This document shows, piece by piece, positions 26,601 through 36,807 of a stretch of DNA of 64,000 bases. The notes under the pieces are model-generated. The model worked only from the letters and a program-made list of their open reading frames with translations. It had not been told where the DNA came from and searched no databases. This DNA comes from Antedon mediterranea (taxonomy: Eukaryota; Animalia; Echinodermata), in NCBI RefSeq assembly GCF_964355755.1, contig NC_092679.1, positions 22,365,432 through 22,429,431 on the forward strand, in the 5' to 3' direction. The first letter of the stretch is position 1. The number at the start of each line of letters is the position of its first letter. A program made the position numbers and the translations under genes.

Positions 26601-27385
26601 TTCATTTCCACCCGAACTGCAATGTTTAATAGGCCTCTACCATTGTCAAATCAATCTCGCAGTCATAACTTTCAATTGTTAAATTTTTAGTTGATAAAGA
26701 TAAATACTGTACTAGTAAACTTAAACGAATTAGTAAACGTCCATGGTAAAACTAAACAAAGTTTGTTTGCTTAATCTGGCAATGCATAAATTAACAATAA
26801 ATTAAATAATTTGTTTAAATTTGTATGATTGATTTGATTGGTAGGATTGTAGTGGTACAAGTAGTTAATTTAATTTGGACTCACCAACTTTCACTTGTCC
26901 GCTACGTCTTGTCGTCATGATGTTGTCTGAAATAAAAACAAAAATTAAAGTAGTTGTTTTGAACAAAAACTGATCAATTAAAATCTGCTAAAAATAAAAT
27001 GGTTAAATGTGTTAAGTACATCTTTCTTGTGTTGTTGTCTCCGGCTCCTCTTATTCTTTACTTCATGGCCCGAGTGGAATCGGAGTGACAACTTTGGGCA
27101 TTATTCACACTTCGTCCCTAAACTGCATGCTGTCAGCTTAAATTAAATAGGCCTAGCCTACAGTACAATATATTTTGTTCTCCACTTACCACCACCGTAG
27201 TTTGAGAAGCTTTCAAATGGGTTCACAACAGGGATAGGTTGTTGCAGTAGAGTAGTAGGCCCTAGAAAATCAGCAATAATACCTTGGTCTACATCATCTA
27301 GTTCTAAGCTGGGCATCATAGATTTACTCGGCACTGAGTTCGGGTCGATGCAGTCGTTGGTTGTGAGGCCTAAGTCTTTCATCAT
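8623..27385 (-). CDS. REL: Rel-class NF-kB transcription factor (RelA/c-Rel/Dorsal-like), distal-promoter isoform of about 649 aa
   Basis: Exons 27385-27190, 26926-26885, 13993-13830, 13278-13121, 12360-12110, 11961-11866, 11744-11665, 11288-11150, 10783-10700, 9362-8623, with GT-AG and phase-consistent junctions, total 1950 nt. RHD motifs [53 protein letters not shown]; IPT motifs FILCDKVQR and DIHRQVAIV; NLS KRKR; acidic C-terminal tail with no ankyrins. Linkage of the two distal exons is inferred from phase. Confidence 0.9.
10092..10265. mobile_element. PIF/Harbinger (Tourist-like) MITE family 1, reference copy
   Basis: TIR AGCTCTGTCYACACTATCAAACT, TAA duplicated on both sides, internal 21-bp repeat ATATCACTACCATATTTGGGC. 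Further full or partial copies near 470-612, 1284-1308, 1544-1660, 11341-11480, 12951-12985, 13584-13748, 17597-17647, 42834-42935, 46012-46595 (interrupted), 59335-59480. Confidence 0.85.
10924..11083. mobile_element. Harbinger MITE family 1 copy
   Basis: Same TIRs, TTA on both flanks. Confidence 0.85.
12533..12665. mobile_element. Harbinger MITE family 1 copy
   Basis: Same TIRs with an internal deletion on the left, TTA on both flanks. Confidence 0.8.
12987..13039. repeat. Perfect palindrome, 26-bp arms with a 1-nt spacer
   Basis: AAAAAAAATCTGATTAGGTCATCTAC-A-GTAGATGACCTAATCAGATTTTTTTT. Confidence 0.95.
14368..14410 (-). CDS. REL: Alternative proximal first coding exon of Rel ([14 protein letters not shown]), giving about 584 aa
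   Basis: ATG at 14410 (AGAATGA), 43 nt, donor AAG|GTTAGT, phase 1 matching the RHD exon at 13993. Confidence 0.6.
15835..15950 (+). mobile_element. Decayed LINE (L2/CR1-like) 3' end
   Basis: Translates [11 protein letters not shown], typical of L2/CR1 ORF2 C-termini, followed by GCTGTGAG...GGCGCTTTA tail motifs. Confidence 0.45.
16500..16830 (-). mobile_element. tRNA-derived SINE family A
   Basis: Reverse strand begins GTGAGTGGCCGAGCAGTAAGAC (A-box-like). Shares a core TCTTCTCGGATAAGGACTATAAAC with 46089-46500 and 22930-23157, and ends in a (TAAA)n-like tail. Confidence 0.7.
17316..17585 (+). mobile_element. Possible decayed RTE-type LINE fragment
   Basis: Broken frames read WKDKIK, GRRKR and IDNITK, resembling RTE C-terminal motifs. 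Confidence 0.3.
19097..19473. mobile_element. Harbinger-type MITE (third family) nested in a Tc1-like MITE
   Basis: Imperfect TIR AGCTTTGATTGCACTGGATTTG / CAAGTCCAGTGTGAACAAGGCT with TTA on both flanks. It interrupts an element starting CAGTAGAACCCCTATTAAGGGGACAC at 19043. Confidence 0.7.
21972..22190. mobile_element. Tc1/mariner-like MITE family (AGTAGA...CCCCTATTAAGGGGACAC motifs)
   Basis: Inverted AGTAGA/TCTACT ends and repeated CCCTATT-GGGACAC motifs. Related pieces near 1025-1062, 13345-13466, 17140-17315, 19043, 19603-19650, 21255-21367, 60093-60400. Confidence 0.55.
22930..23157 (-). mobile_element. SINE family A, diverged copy
   Basis: Shares AGTACAC..GGGTAA, TAGTCCTTATCCGA and TTCTACCACCAGAA with 16620-16750. 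Confidence 0.6.
24560..24895. repeat. G-rich 24-25-bp minisatellite (GTAATTGTGGTGAGAGTAGRCAGGG) with higher-order units
   Basis: Visible tandem units, degenerate extension leftwards to about 24390. Confidence 0.9.
25236..25337 (+). pseudogene. Fragment of a Myb/SANT-like (trihelix) DNA-binding gene, probably from a Harbinger transposon
   Basis: Hand translation [34 protein letters not shown] matches the KDHNxxSG...CPFYDELDAILG signature of Myb_DNA-bind_4/MSANTD proteins. No complete ORF. Confidence 0.6.
25500..25830. mobile_element. Right part of a DNA transposon family ending GGTTACAATTAGAAGATTTACGGTA
   Basis: Colinear with 52680-53075 over about 300 bp, with repeated TAATAGTAACCC subterminal motifs. 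Confidence 0.7.
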
Positions 27386-27534
27386 CAATCATTCAATACA
27401 AAACAACGAATTAAAAATCAGTAACTGGTGTCCTTACCTTAAAATATTTCTTTGAATGTCCAGCTACCAATCGTTGCAAAGGGGTTGGATTTAAAAAGTT
27501 TATAAATAACTAAACACCGTCACCGACAATATCT

Positions 27535-27678
27535 GGAATTCCCAGCAGCCAAACAACAAGAAACCAGGTAATGACAATGTGTAAATATTAACCTGGTAAT
27601 GTAGCTAGCTAAAAAGCTCTCATCCCTCTCTTCACAAAAACTAACATCAATATGCAAATTAGAAATAGGGGATTCCCC
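27535..27678. promoter_or_regulatory. kB sites and octamer at the distal Rel promoter/5' UTR
   Basis: GGGGATTCCCC at 27668-27678, GGAATTCCC at 27535-27543, ATGCAAAT at 27652-27659, and a CpG-rich patch at 27700-27750. Confidence 0.55.
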
Positions 27679-28261
27679 CTGAACAACACTTCCTTCCGTC
27701 CTCGTTTTCACGACACACGCGCGCGAAATCCAACGAAGCTATAGAGGGCGTAATTATGAATTTTCATCTATGAGCAACTTATGGAATACAGTCATTTAAT
27801 TATCATTATTTATCAACTACTTATCTAATGCAACAATATTTAATGCAATGACACGTCGGTAGGCCTAACAATCATCCAACAACATTTAATTCTTAAACAC
27901 AAATAATTGATAAAAGAAAAATTAATTCTAAAATTATCAAACAGAATAGCAATTAAAAAAAAAACATTTATAGAATAAAGAACAATAATTAAAACTCTTA
28001 CGTCAAAAAATCGAGCGAAGAAATATTTCTTGTTTATTTTATACACATTCATCCAATTACAGAATGGATACTATTTTATAATTTATCGTGCTTATAAACT
28101 ACGTCTCATATTTGATGCTTTAGGGAGGGACTGATGAGTGAGTTACAACCCTGGAACTAGGTCTGGATTGAACCATGTACCTTGGGATTCAAAGGCAATC
28201 AGCACGTTAACTACAAGGTCCACTTCTGAAGAATTTAACACTGATTTGAACCATGTTGGGA

Positions 28262-31200
28262 CTATTCCTTGGCATACAATTTCACCATCTCGGCACTGAC
28301 TTTCCATAGTTGTTTGTCTGCTTCTTCGTCTCGGGCTTGAGGGGCTGGCTCCATTCGTTCACAGTCACTACATTAGAAAAAAAATGTATATGAAATTGGC
28401 GAAATAGTTATTTAGTTTGCATTATGGTGATGTTGTGCAGACGTCGACGGGTATGACGACACGATTATGATGAGAATGATGACGACAATAGTGGTATTGG
28501 AAATATTGAAAGCAGATCGGATTTAGGAAGACGACGACGATAGTGCGGTCCAAGGACGACGACGGTGAGAGTGACGATGATGCCAGCGGGATTGAAGGCA
28601 CACTCGATTCACCAGGGACAAAAAGTAGTGAGCCCTCTATCGGCAGCCAATCGTTTTTGCACACGAGACAGTGTGGACAATTACCCGGAAGCAATTTTGT
28701 TTTGAAAAGTAAATCTTAGGTTTTTGCAAACTGGCCAATTGGAACTTTTGGTTTTATTTACTAATGAATAATTCATGAAAACCTTTGACAAGGCATCTAC
28801 GAACCACGTGATATTGTTTTTTAATCGACGAACCCATTATATTTGTGTGAAACAAGGGTGAATTACACCGATGTTTTTTAAACAATTTTAGGCTATTCGA
28901 ATGTTAAAATTTCGTCTAATTTGTTGAGGCTGTAATAAAACAACGCAATTTTTTGAGAAGGTGGGTTTTATAGTTTCTGAATATTTGATTTTTCAATAGT
29001 AGTTAATAAAAAAATCTCGTTGGGGTTATTTTTTATTTTTTTTTAATGGCTGCTTAAACATGTGCCTTCTTGGGTATTTCACTATTGAAAATGGAACACA
29101 TGGTTGTAGCTAAAATCATTTTTTACGCCATAAGATAAAAAATGTGGTTTTGTAAATTAATAAGGGCAACATATAATATATAGGAAAGCTGTTTTTAATC
29201 ATAAAACTCTACAAAGCCTCTTTTTTTTAATTTATAAATCAATATAGTCTAGGCCTAGTAGTACAGTAGGAGAGCCAGGCTTTAGCCTATAGTGGGGTAG
29301 TGCGTGCATTATTGGCGCGTGTTCATTGTCGGGCGCGCGTTGTTTTTAGGCCTAAGAAAATAAGTAAAATATACAAATATAATTAAATAATGATTATTAT
29401 TAATTGAATGTTGTTTTTTTTTTACAGACCACAGAGGATTGTTCTACATACTTCAATACAAATAGCATTAAATCAACAACAATTTCTTATGAGTCATATT
29501 AATTGCTCTGGCATATAATGTGAAAAAGCACTATTAATACTGTAATAATGGATATCTATAGATGTATTGCATGCCAAAAAGACATTTTATTTTTTAAAAA
29601 CTTTAACTTATCCTAATTTACTTATTTAAAGGTTCAAGTGGCGGTTGGTTGTTGTGCAGTAGTTTAATAAAGTTTAAATGTACATTTCAAATCGGCAAAT
29701 AAATAATGGTAATAGGCCTACAGTACTACAGTAAAGAAAATCTTTTCGAAGATTAGGCTTAGTACAAAAGATGTTAGCTAAGTTGATGTAGAAAACTTGT
29801 TGTCTGATTTTTAAGGTGAAATTTGTGATAATATTAAAAGTTAAAATGTTAATTGGTGTGTATTTGTATTTCATTTATTGCTCCATTATTATAATAAAAA
29901 GCAGGGAACCATGAAATTTCATTTTAGCTCCGATAAAAAGTAAACATTTTCAGCATATACTGTACTTAAATAAATCATATGTTAGTGACAGGTGACATTA
30001 ACAGATTTATTATGAGATTACTAGTAAGCCTACTAGTAGGTTTAGCTCTATTCATAAAAATAATGACATTATATACTGTACATTAATTAATTAGCCTAGC
30101 TAGGCCTAACTAATTTACTGATTTTTCAGTATTTTACCAAGTCAACCGTTCAGGCATGCAGACAGTCCTCACTTCACACTAATCTTCATAATTTTAAGAA
30201 AAATGAAAGTTCAGCACTTTATTTTAAAATTTATAAGCCCATATTATAAGATTCTGCATCATCCACTTAACAAGAACTAAAATCGAGAGCCCAGTGATAG
30301 AGCGCATCTTCCGACGTTCTCGTCGCCTAAGGAAACGAGTATTCCAGCCCTGCCGCGTCTTCCTAGGCCTACGCGCACCGCACTTTCGCTCAAAATACAC
30401 TATCTTCAACTCCTTATAGAATTTGTTTGAAAAATAACCCCAAGCTTATATTTGGAAATCTTTGAAAATGCATATAAGACTATATTATAGCGTTTTCAGA
30501 ATTTCATTTAAAAATTGCAAATTAATGTTAGCTATTTTAACAGATTAGTTAGTTTTCACTTTTTTGTTTTCGCCGTATGACTCGCTTTGTTTACGTTTAC
30601 ATTTGGCTTAGACGTTTATCTTAGAATTCGAATCAATTAATCCATAATCAACTAAAATTGCTATTGTTGTGGTTTTTGTTTAATATAAATGTTCTTAATA
30701 AACAGAAATAAATCAAACAACAATATAATTTAATATAAATCCGTTAAAAGGGAAATTTAGACAGCCTATAAAACACGGAAGTCAGAACTCGCGTCGCTCG
30801 AAATGCTCGGGAACTTTCTATTTATAGCCAATCGAAAAAGGCTCCGGCTAACTTAAACAATGAAAACGGCTCTCGGAACACTTAATGTCCCATTTTCGCT
30901 GTTTGACGTGGATGTGCACACTCGATTCACCAGGGACAAAAAGTAGTGAGCCCTCTATCGGCAGCCAATCGTTTTTGCACACGAGACAGTGTGGACAATT
31001 ACCCGGAAGCAATTTTGTTTTGAAAAGTAAATCTTAGGTTTTTGCAAACTGGCCAATTGGAACTTTTGGTTTTATTTACTAATGAATAATTCATGAAAAC
31101 CTTTGACAAGGCATCTACGAACCACGTGATATTGTTTTTTAATCGACGAACCCATTATATTTGTGTGAAACAAGGGTGAATTACACCGATGTTTTTTAAA

Positions 31201-34200
31201 CAATTTTAGGCTATTCGAATGTTAAAATTTCGTCTAATTTGTTGAGGCTGTAATAAAACAACGCAATTTTTTGAGAAGGTGGGTTTTATAGTTTCTGAAT
31301 ATTTGATTTTTCAATAGTAGTTAATAAAAAAATCTCGTTGGGGTTATTTTTTATTTTTTTTTAATGGCTGCTTAAACATGTGCCTTCTTGGGTATTTCAC
31401 TATTGAAAATGGAACACATGGTTGTAGCTAAAATCATTTTTTACGCCATAAGATAAAAAATGTGGTTTTGTAAATTAATAAGGGCAACATATAATATATA
31501 GGAAAGCTGTTTTTAATCATAAAACTCTACAAAGCCTCTTTTTTTTAATTTATAAATCAATATAGTCTAGGCCTAGTAGTACAGTAGGAGAGCCAGGCTT
31601 TAGCCTATAGTGGGGTAGTGCGTGCATTATTGGCGCGTGTTCATTGTCGGGCGCGCGTTGTTTTTAGGCCTAAGAAAATAAGTAAAATATACAAATATAA
31701 TTAAATAATGATTATTATTAATTGAATGTTGTTTTTTTTTTACAGACCACAGAGGATTGTTCTACATACTTCAATACAAATAGCATTAAATCAACAACAA
31801 TTTCTTATGAGTCATATTAATTGCTCTGGCATATAATGTGAAAAAGCACTATTAATACTGTAATAATGGATATCTATAGATGTATTGCATGCCAAAAAGA
31901 CATTTTATTTTTTAAAAACTTTAACTTATCCTAATTTACTTATTTAAAGGTTCAAGTGGCGGTTGGTTGTTGTGCAGTAGTTTAATAAAGTTTAAATGTA
32001 CATTTCAAATCGGCAAATAAATAATGGTAATAGGCCTACAGTACTACAGTAAAGAAAATCTTTTCGAAGATTAGGCTTAGTACAAAAGATGTTAGCTAAG
32101 TTGATGTAGAAAACTTGTTGTCTGATTTTTAAGGTGAAATTTGTGATAATATTAAAAGTTAAAATGTTAATTGGTGTGTATTTGTATTTCATTTATTGCT
32201 CCATTATTATAATAAAAAGCAGGGAACCATGAAATTTCATTTTAGCTCCGATAAAAAGTAAACATTTTCAGCATATACTGTACTTAAATAAATCATATGT
32301 TAGTGACAGGTGACATTAACAGATTTATTATGAGATTACTAGTAAGCCTACTAGTAGGTTTAGCTCTATTCATAAAAATAATGACATTATATACTGTACA
32401 TTAATTAATTAGCCTAGCTAGGCCTAACTAATTTACTGATTTTTCAGTATTTTACCAAGTCAACCGTTCAGGCATGCAGACAGTCCTCACTTCACACTAA
32501 TCTTCATAATTTTAAGAAAAATGAAAGTTCAGCACTTTATTTTAAAATTTATAAGCCCATATTATAAGATTCTGCATCATCCACTTAACAAGAACTAAAA
32601 TCGAGAGCCCAGTGATAGAGCGCATCTTCCGACGTTCTCGTCGCCTAAGGAAACGAGTATTCCAGCCCTGCCGCGTCTTCCTAGGCCTACGCGCACCGCA
32701 CTTTCGCTCAAAATACACTATCTTCAACTCCTTATAGAATTTGTTTGAAAAATAACCCCAAGCTTATATTTGGAAATCTTTGAAAATGCATATAAGACTA
32801 TATTATAGCGTTTTCAGAATTTCATTTAAAAATTGCAAATTAATGTTAGCTATTTTAACAGATTAGTTAGTTTTCACTTTTTTGTTTTCGCCGTATGACT
32901 CGCTTTGTTTACGTTTACATTTGGCTTAGACGTTTATCTTAGAATTCGAATCAATTAATCCATAATCAACTAAAATTGCTATTGTTGTGGTTTTTGTTTA
33001 ATATAAATGTTCTTAATAAACAGAAATAAATCAAACAACAATATAATTTAATATAAATCCGTTAAAAGGGAAATTTAGACAGCCTATAAAACACGGAAGT
33101 CAGAACTCGCGTCGCTCGAAATGCTCGGGAACTTTCTATTTATAGCCAATCGAAAAAGGCTCCGGCTAACTTAAACAATGAAAACGGCTCTCGGAACACT
33201 TAATGTCCCATTTTCGCTGTTTGACGTGGATGTGAAGGACGAGAATTGAGAGCGCGGTGACAGTAATACCCCTTTCATACCAAAACACCGGGGCGGAGTA
33301 TCTCCGGAGTTTTGCTTTGGGTGTGAAAGGGATATAAGAGTGAAGATGATGGTAGCGGTATGGAAGAAGGACGATGATGAAGACCCAGTGAGAGTAACGA
33401 TGATATTGACAGTGACGTTGTGATGACGATATTGACAGCGACGTTGATGACAACGATATTGACAGTGACGCTGATGATGACGATATTGACATTGACGCTG
33501 ATGATGACGATATTGACATTGACGCTGACGATTTATTTTATGTCTTTAGGCAATGTGGCCAAGGATTACCAATAGTGAATTAATCACTGTCCTATCAGAT
33601 AGGTGGTAATCCCCCTGATACAGGGGCTATTGTGTGAACCAGTTCACCGGGGTAACCCCCTACTCTTGGTGACGATGACGATGACGATATTGACAGTGAC
33701 GCGCGCTGGTGATGAAGATATTGACAATATTGGCAATATCGGGAGTACAGTAAGTGGCGATGTTGACGGTATTTGGAGTGTGAAGATGATTGTACGAATA
33801 CCGAAGGAAGATGATGTCAGAGGATGACGATGTCAGTGGACGATGATCATGGTGATATAAGGATGATGATGATGCTAATGACGATCTAGTGAGGAAGTTG
33901 CAATGTTTACTGCATGCCTGGTTCTCAATCCCACTAGTAGGCCTACACGCAACACAATAAGGACGTAACGCAACGTAACAATCGATGGATTATTTAAGCT
34001 TTCGCTTGCTAAAGGCTACAGCGTCGTACGACGAGACCCGACGAAACGTCTTGACTCGTCGGTGGTGTTGAGTTGAATCCTGACGATGCGAGTGTCGTCT
34101 TTCGATAGCGTCAGGCGTAGTCTTTAGGTCGTCGCGAGAACTTTAAACATGTTTAATTTTCTCGCGACAAGACGACTCGTCGGGCCTCGTCTACGGCGCT

Positions 34201-36807
34201 GTCTGAGTTGGCCTTTGTTGCGTCTACGTCCTAGCGTTGCGTCTTTAGTAGGAACCTTTACCTACCTGTAAAAATAGCCATTCTCATCGTCCAGGCTTTG
34301 CTCAACAGCGCAGTATATAGTCGTCTGGGCACCCATCTCGGAAGTACTAGCGATTAATGGTAACAAAATCGTAGCAACAACACGTTTTATTGGACTCAAG
34401 TAACGACAAATTTCGGTTGATACCAGGCCAGGATGAAGGGAATAACAAGTCACATTTGTTCCTGTAAAAAAAACAACATTGTATTAGGCCTAAAAGTATA
34501 CCTAAACAGAATGTTAAACAGTTAAAACATCCACCATAACAAACCTTTTTCGGCATCACACACCAATCACAAATATTGTTCACCGGGTCTACCTAAATCC
34601 TGGGAAAATGTTTAATTCAAGAACCGTTTTGCTCCTTTTTCGCCTGTCCATTTTCCAGAGAAAAACATGCCGCTCATGTCTGGATTGTAAATTTGCATAT
34701 CAACCTCTAATCATTTGGAATTATACTGAAACACAGCATATCAACATAATAAATTGTTTTTGTTACCTTTTAACATTCTCGCAAGTTCATTAGTGAACAT
34801 TATATTTGCCAACTTGCTTTGTCGATACGCTTTCAAGGGAGCGTAATTGTCAGCGGTCAGATTAATGTCATCAAAATGGATTTTTCCTTGTCTGTGTGCA
34901 AATGAAGAAACAGTAATGATGCGACTTGGTGCCGAGCTCTTAATCACATCCAGGAGGAGGTGAGTTAGCAAGAAGTGGCCTAGATGGTTGACACCGAACT
35001 GGAGCTCAAATCCGTCTGTTGTCTTTTGTGGAGAGCACATTGATACCCCTTAAAAGCAACATAACAGACCCGTTAGGCCATTAGGAAATGGTTGATGTGT
35101 GCTTTTCATCACTCTTTAAAAACCATAGATATAATACTACTAGATTAAAAGACAAACTGAGACCTAGAAAAGGTCTATTTCATTTCTATCATTTCCGTCG
35201 TATTTCATATTTAGAAGTTAAAATATCAAGTGGTAATCCTGAAGCATGTAGCAACAAGGTCAACAGCCATTAAGTCGCGTGCTACAATGCATAGTGATAC
35301 CGGACCGACAGACAAACAGACCGACAGACAGACGGATCGACCGACATAGTGAACTATACTGACCGAAATTACTGAACATGTTTAAAAATGTTGAAATGTT
35401 TAAAAACATTTATATTTTTTTAATTTACACGTGCGTAGCCTGTCACTTTTGACGTGCTCGTATAACGTAATTTCGAGTTGAAAAGTAAGTCAAGAAAACA
35501 GAAATCGGGCAAAAAGAGTGCGCAATAACATTTAACGCGCAGTACGCGCGCAAAAATCTGCGCACTCATGGCAATTTTGTAAACGCTTAAAAATGCCTGA
35601 AACGTACTCTTATTTCATCGAAAATAAATTTTGAAAATTTTAAGCGCGCTTACGCATGTGTTACATGCGCTACGCACGTAATTGTATTGCCATATGATGA
35701 TTTATGCCCTGAAATTTATGAGTACCAAATTTTATTTAATTGTGATTCATGGTTGTTAAGATATGATTACAAACGTGATTTCGTTAAATCGTGCGTAGAC
35801 CGCGTAATTTTTTTATTGCGCACCGTGAAAACATAACCACATCGATTCCTGGCCATAAGGAATATTCTGTGAAAAATTGACTTAGCTAGATTAAACTGAT
35901 ATCAAGATAAGGTCATAAAGCGATAAAACAGACAGACAGACAGACAGACCGACAGACAGACCGACAGACAGACAGACAGACCGACCGACCGACATAGTGA
36001 ACTATAGAGTCGCTTCCACGCGACTAAAAACCGAGAACGCGATGTTCCGAATTCCTTGCAAGCGCATAACTGTCAAATATCCAATTAGCTTATAAAATAG
36101 ACAATCATCAATCGACTGTCGATCGGAAACAATCGGACAGACAGACAGACAAACTGAAACTGACCTGCATTGTTTATGAGAATGTTTACTGGTGATTCTT
36201 TTTCGATGATTAATTTAGCAAATGACCGTATGGATTTAAAAGATGCAAGGTCCAGCCGTTCCACAGTCAGAGCTCCAACACCCTTCCCGGATGATTCCGT
36301 CAGAATTTCATCAACTGCTCTTTTACCTTTGGTGACGTCACGACAGGCTAGGATGACCTTCGCGCCTGCATAAATAAATACAAATATAAGAGAGATTGTA
36401 ATTACAATCAAGTGCTAAATAATAACATTTACTAAGGGAATTAATACATGCTCTCATAGCAGTTACTGGTATAGCTCTGAATAAAACACGGTAGGTCAAA
36501 GAAACAATGTTGAGGGTATCTATACTAAACGTTTCCAGTACTACACTATAGAAATGGCGGGTTTAAATAAATAAAAATATTGATGGTCTAATAATAACAA
36601 TTATTTTACTATAGCGATGAAAATAAACATACCGCGACGCACTAGATCCCTGGCCGTCTCCTTCCCAATACCCGTATTTGCTCCGGTTATAATCACAACC
36701 TTTCCGTCCAATCTTGTGTTGCTGCAGTACCTCTTTCTGACCAATCGCCTTCTTAGCATTAATATCAATACACCTGTAATAATTGTAATGCAATGAGGAC
36801 GTTTCAT
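28262..36807 (-). CDS. Retinol dehydrogenase 11/12/13-like short-chain dehydrogenase/reductase, 319 aa
   Basis: Exons 36807-36633, 36365-36165, 35048-34767, 34461-34266, 28367-28262 (960 nt, GT-AG, phase-consistent). N-terminal [30 protein letters not shown], catalytic YRQSK, LHPGLV, and C-terminal [14 protein letters not shown]. Confidence 0.93.
28599..30916. mobile_element. Non-autonomous CAC...GTG DNA element (Chapaev/Transib/RAG-like termini), copy 1 of a tandem dimer
   Basis: Starts CACACTC and ends GGATGTG. A shared subterminal motif GGGACAWWAAGT is inverted at both ends. Left flank is AAGG. No transposase ORF seen. Confidence 0.75.
30917..33234. mobile_element. Copy 2 of the 2318-bp CAC...GTG element
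   Basis: Apparently identical to 28599-30916, with identical ORFs offset by 2318. Right flank AAGG completes a 4-bp TSD. Confidence 0.75.
33340..33890. repeat. GAT/GAC-rich low-complexity region with a 27-bp subrepeat, continuing the similar tract at 28420-28590
   Basis: GATGACGATATTGACAGTGACGCTGAT-like units at 33400-33530. Confidence 0.7.
33916..34257. mobile_element. Harbinger MITE family 2 copy with a nested GC-rich MITE (about 34012-34214)
   Basis: Outer GGTTC...ACTAG / TAGTAGGAACC ends with ACGCAAC motifs. Inner inverted repeat GACGAGACCCGACGA / TCGTCGGGCCTCGTC. Confidence 0.55.
35253..36030 (-). mobile_element. Helentron-associated (HINE/DINE-1-like) non-autonomous element
   Basis: Terminal stem-loop AGTCGCTTCCACGCGACT next to an A-run, subterminal inverted AGTCGCGTG, two (GACA/GACC)n microsatellites, AACAAG end. 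A short relative is at 52713-52833. Confidence 0.65.

Noticed and set aside
30224-30409. Arg-rich 61-aa ORF (and its copy at 32542) as a transposase or protamine
   Set aside because: Non-ATG start and no DDE, RING or zinc-finger motif. It probably reflects local CpG richness.
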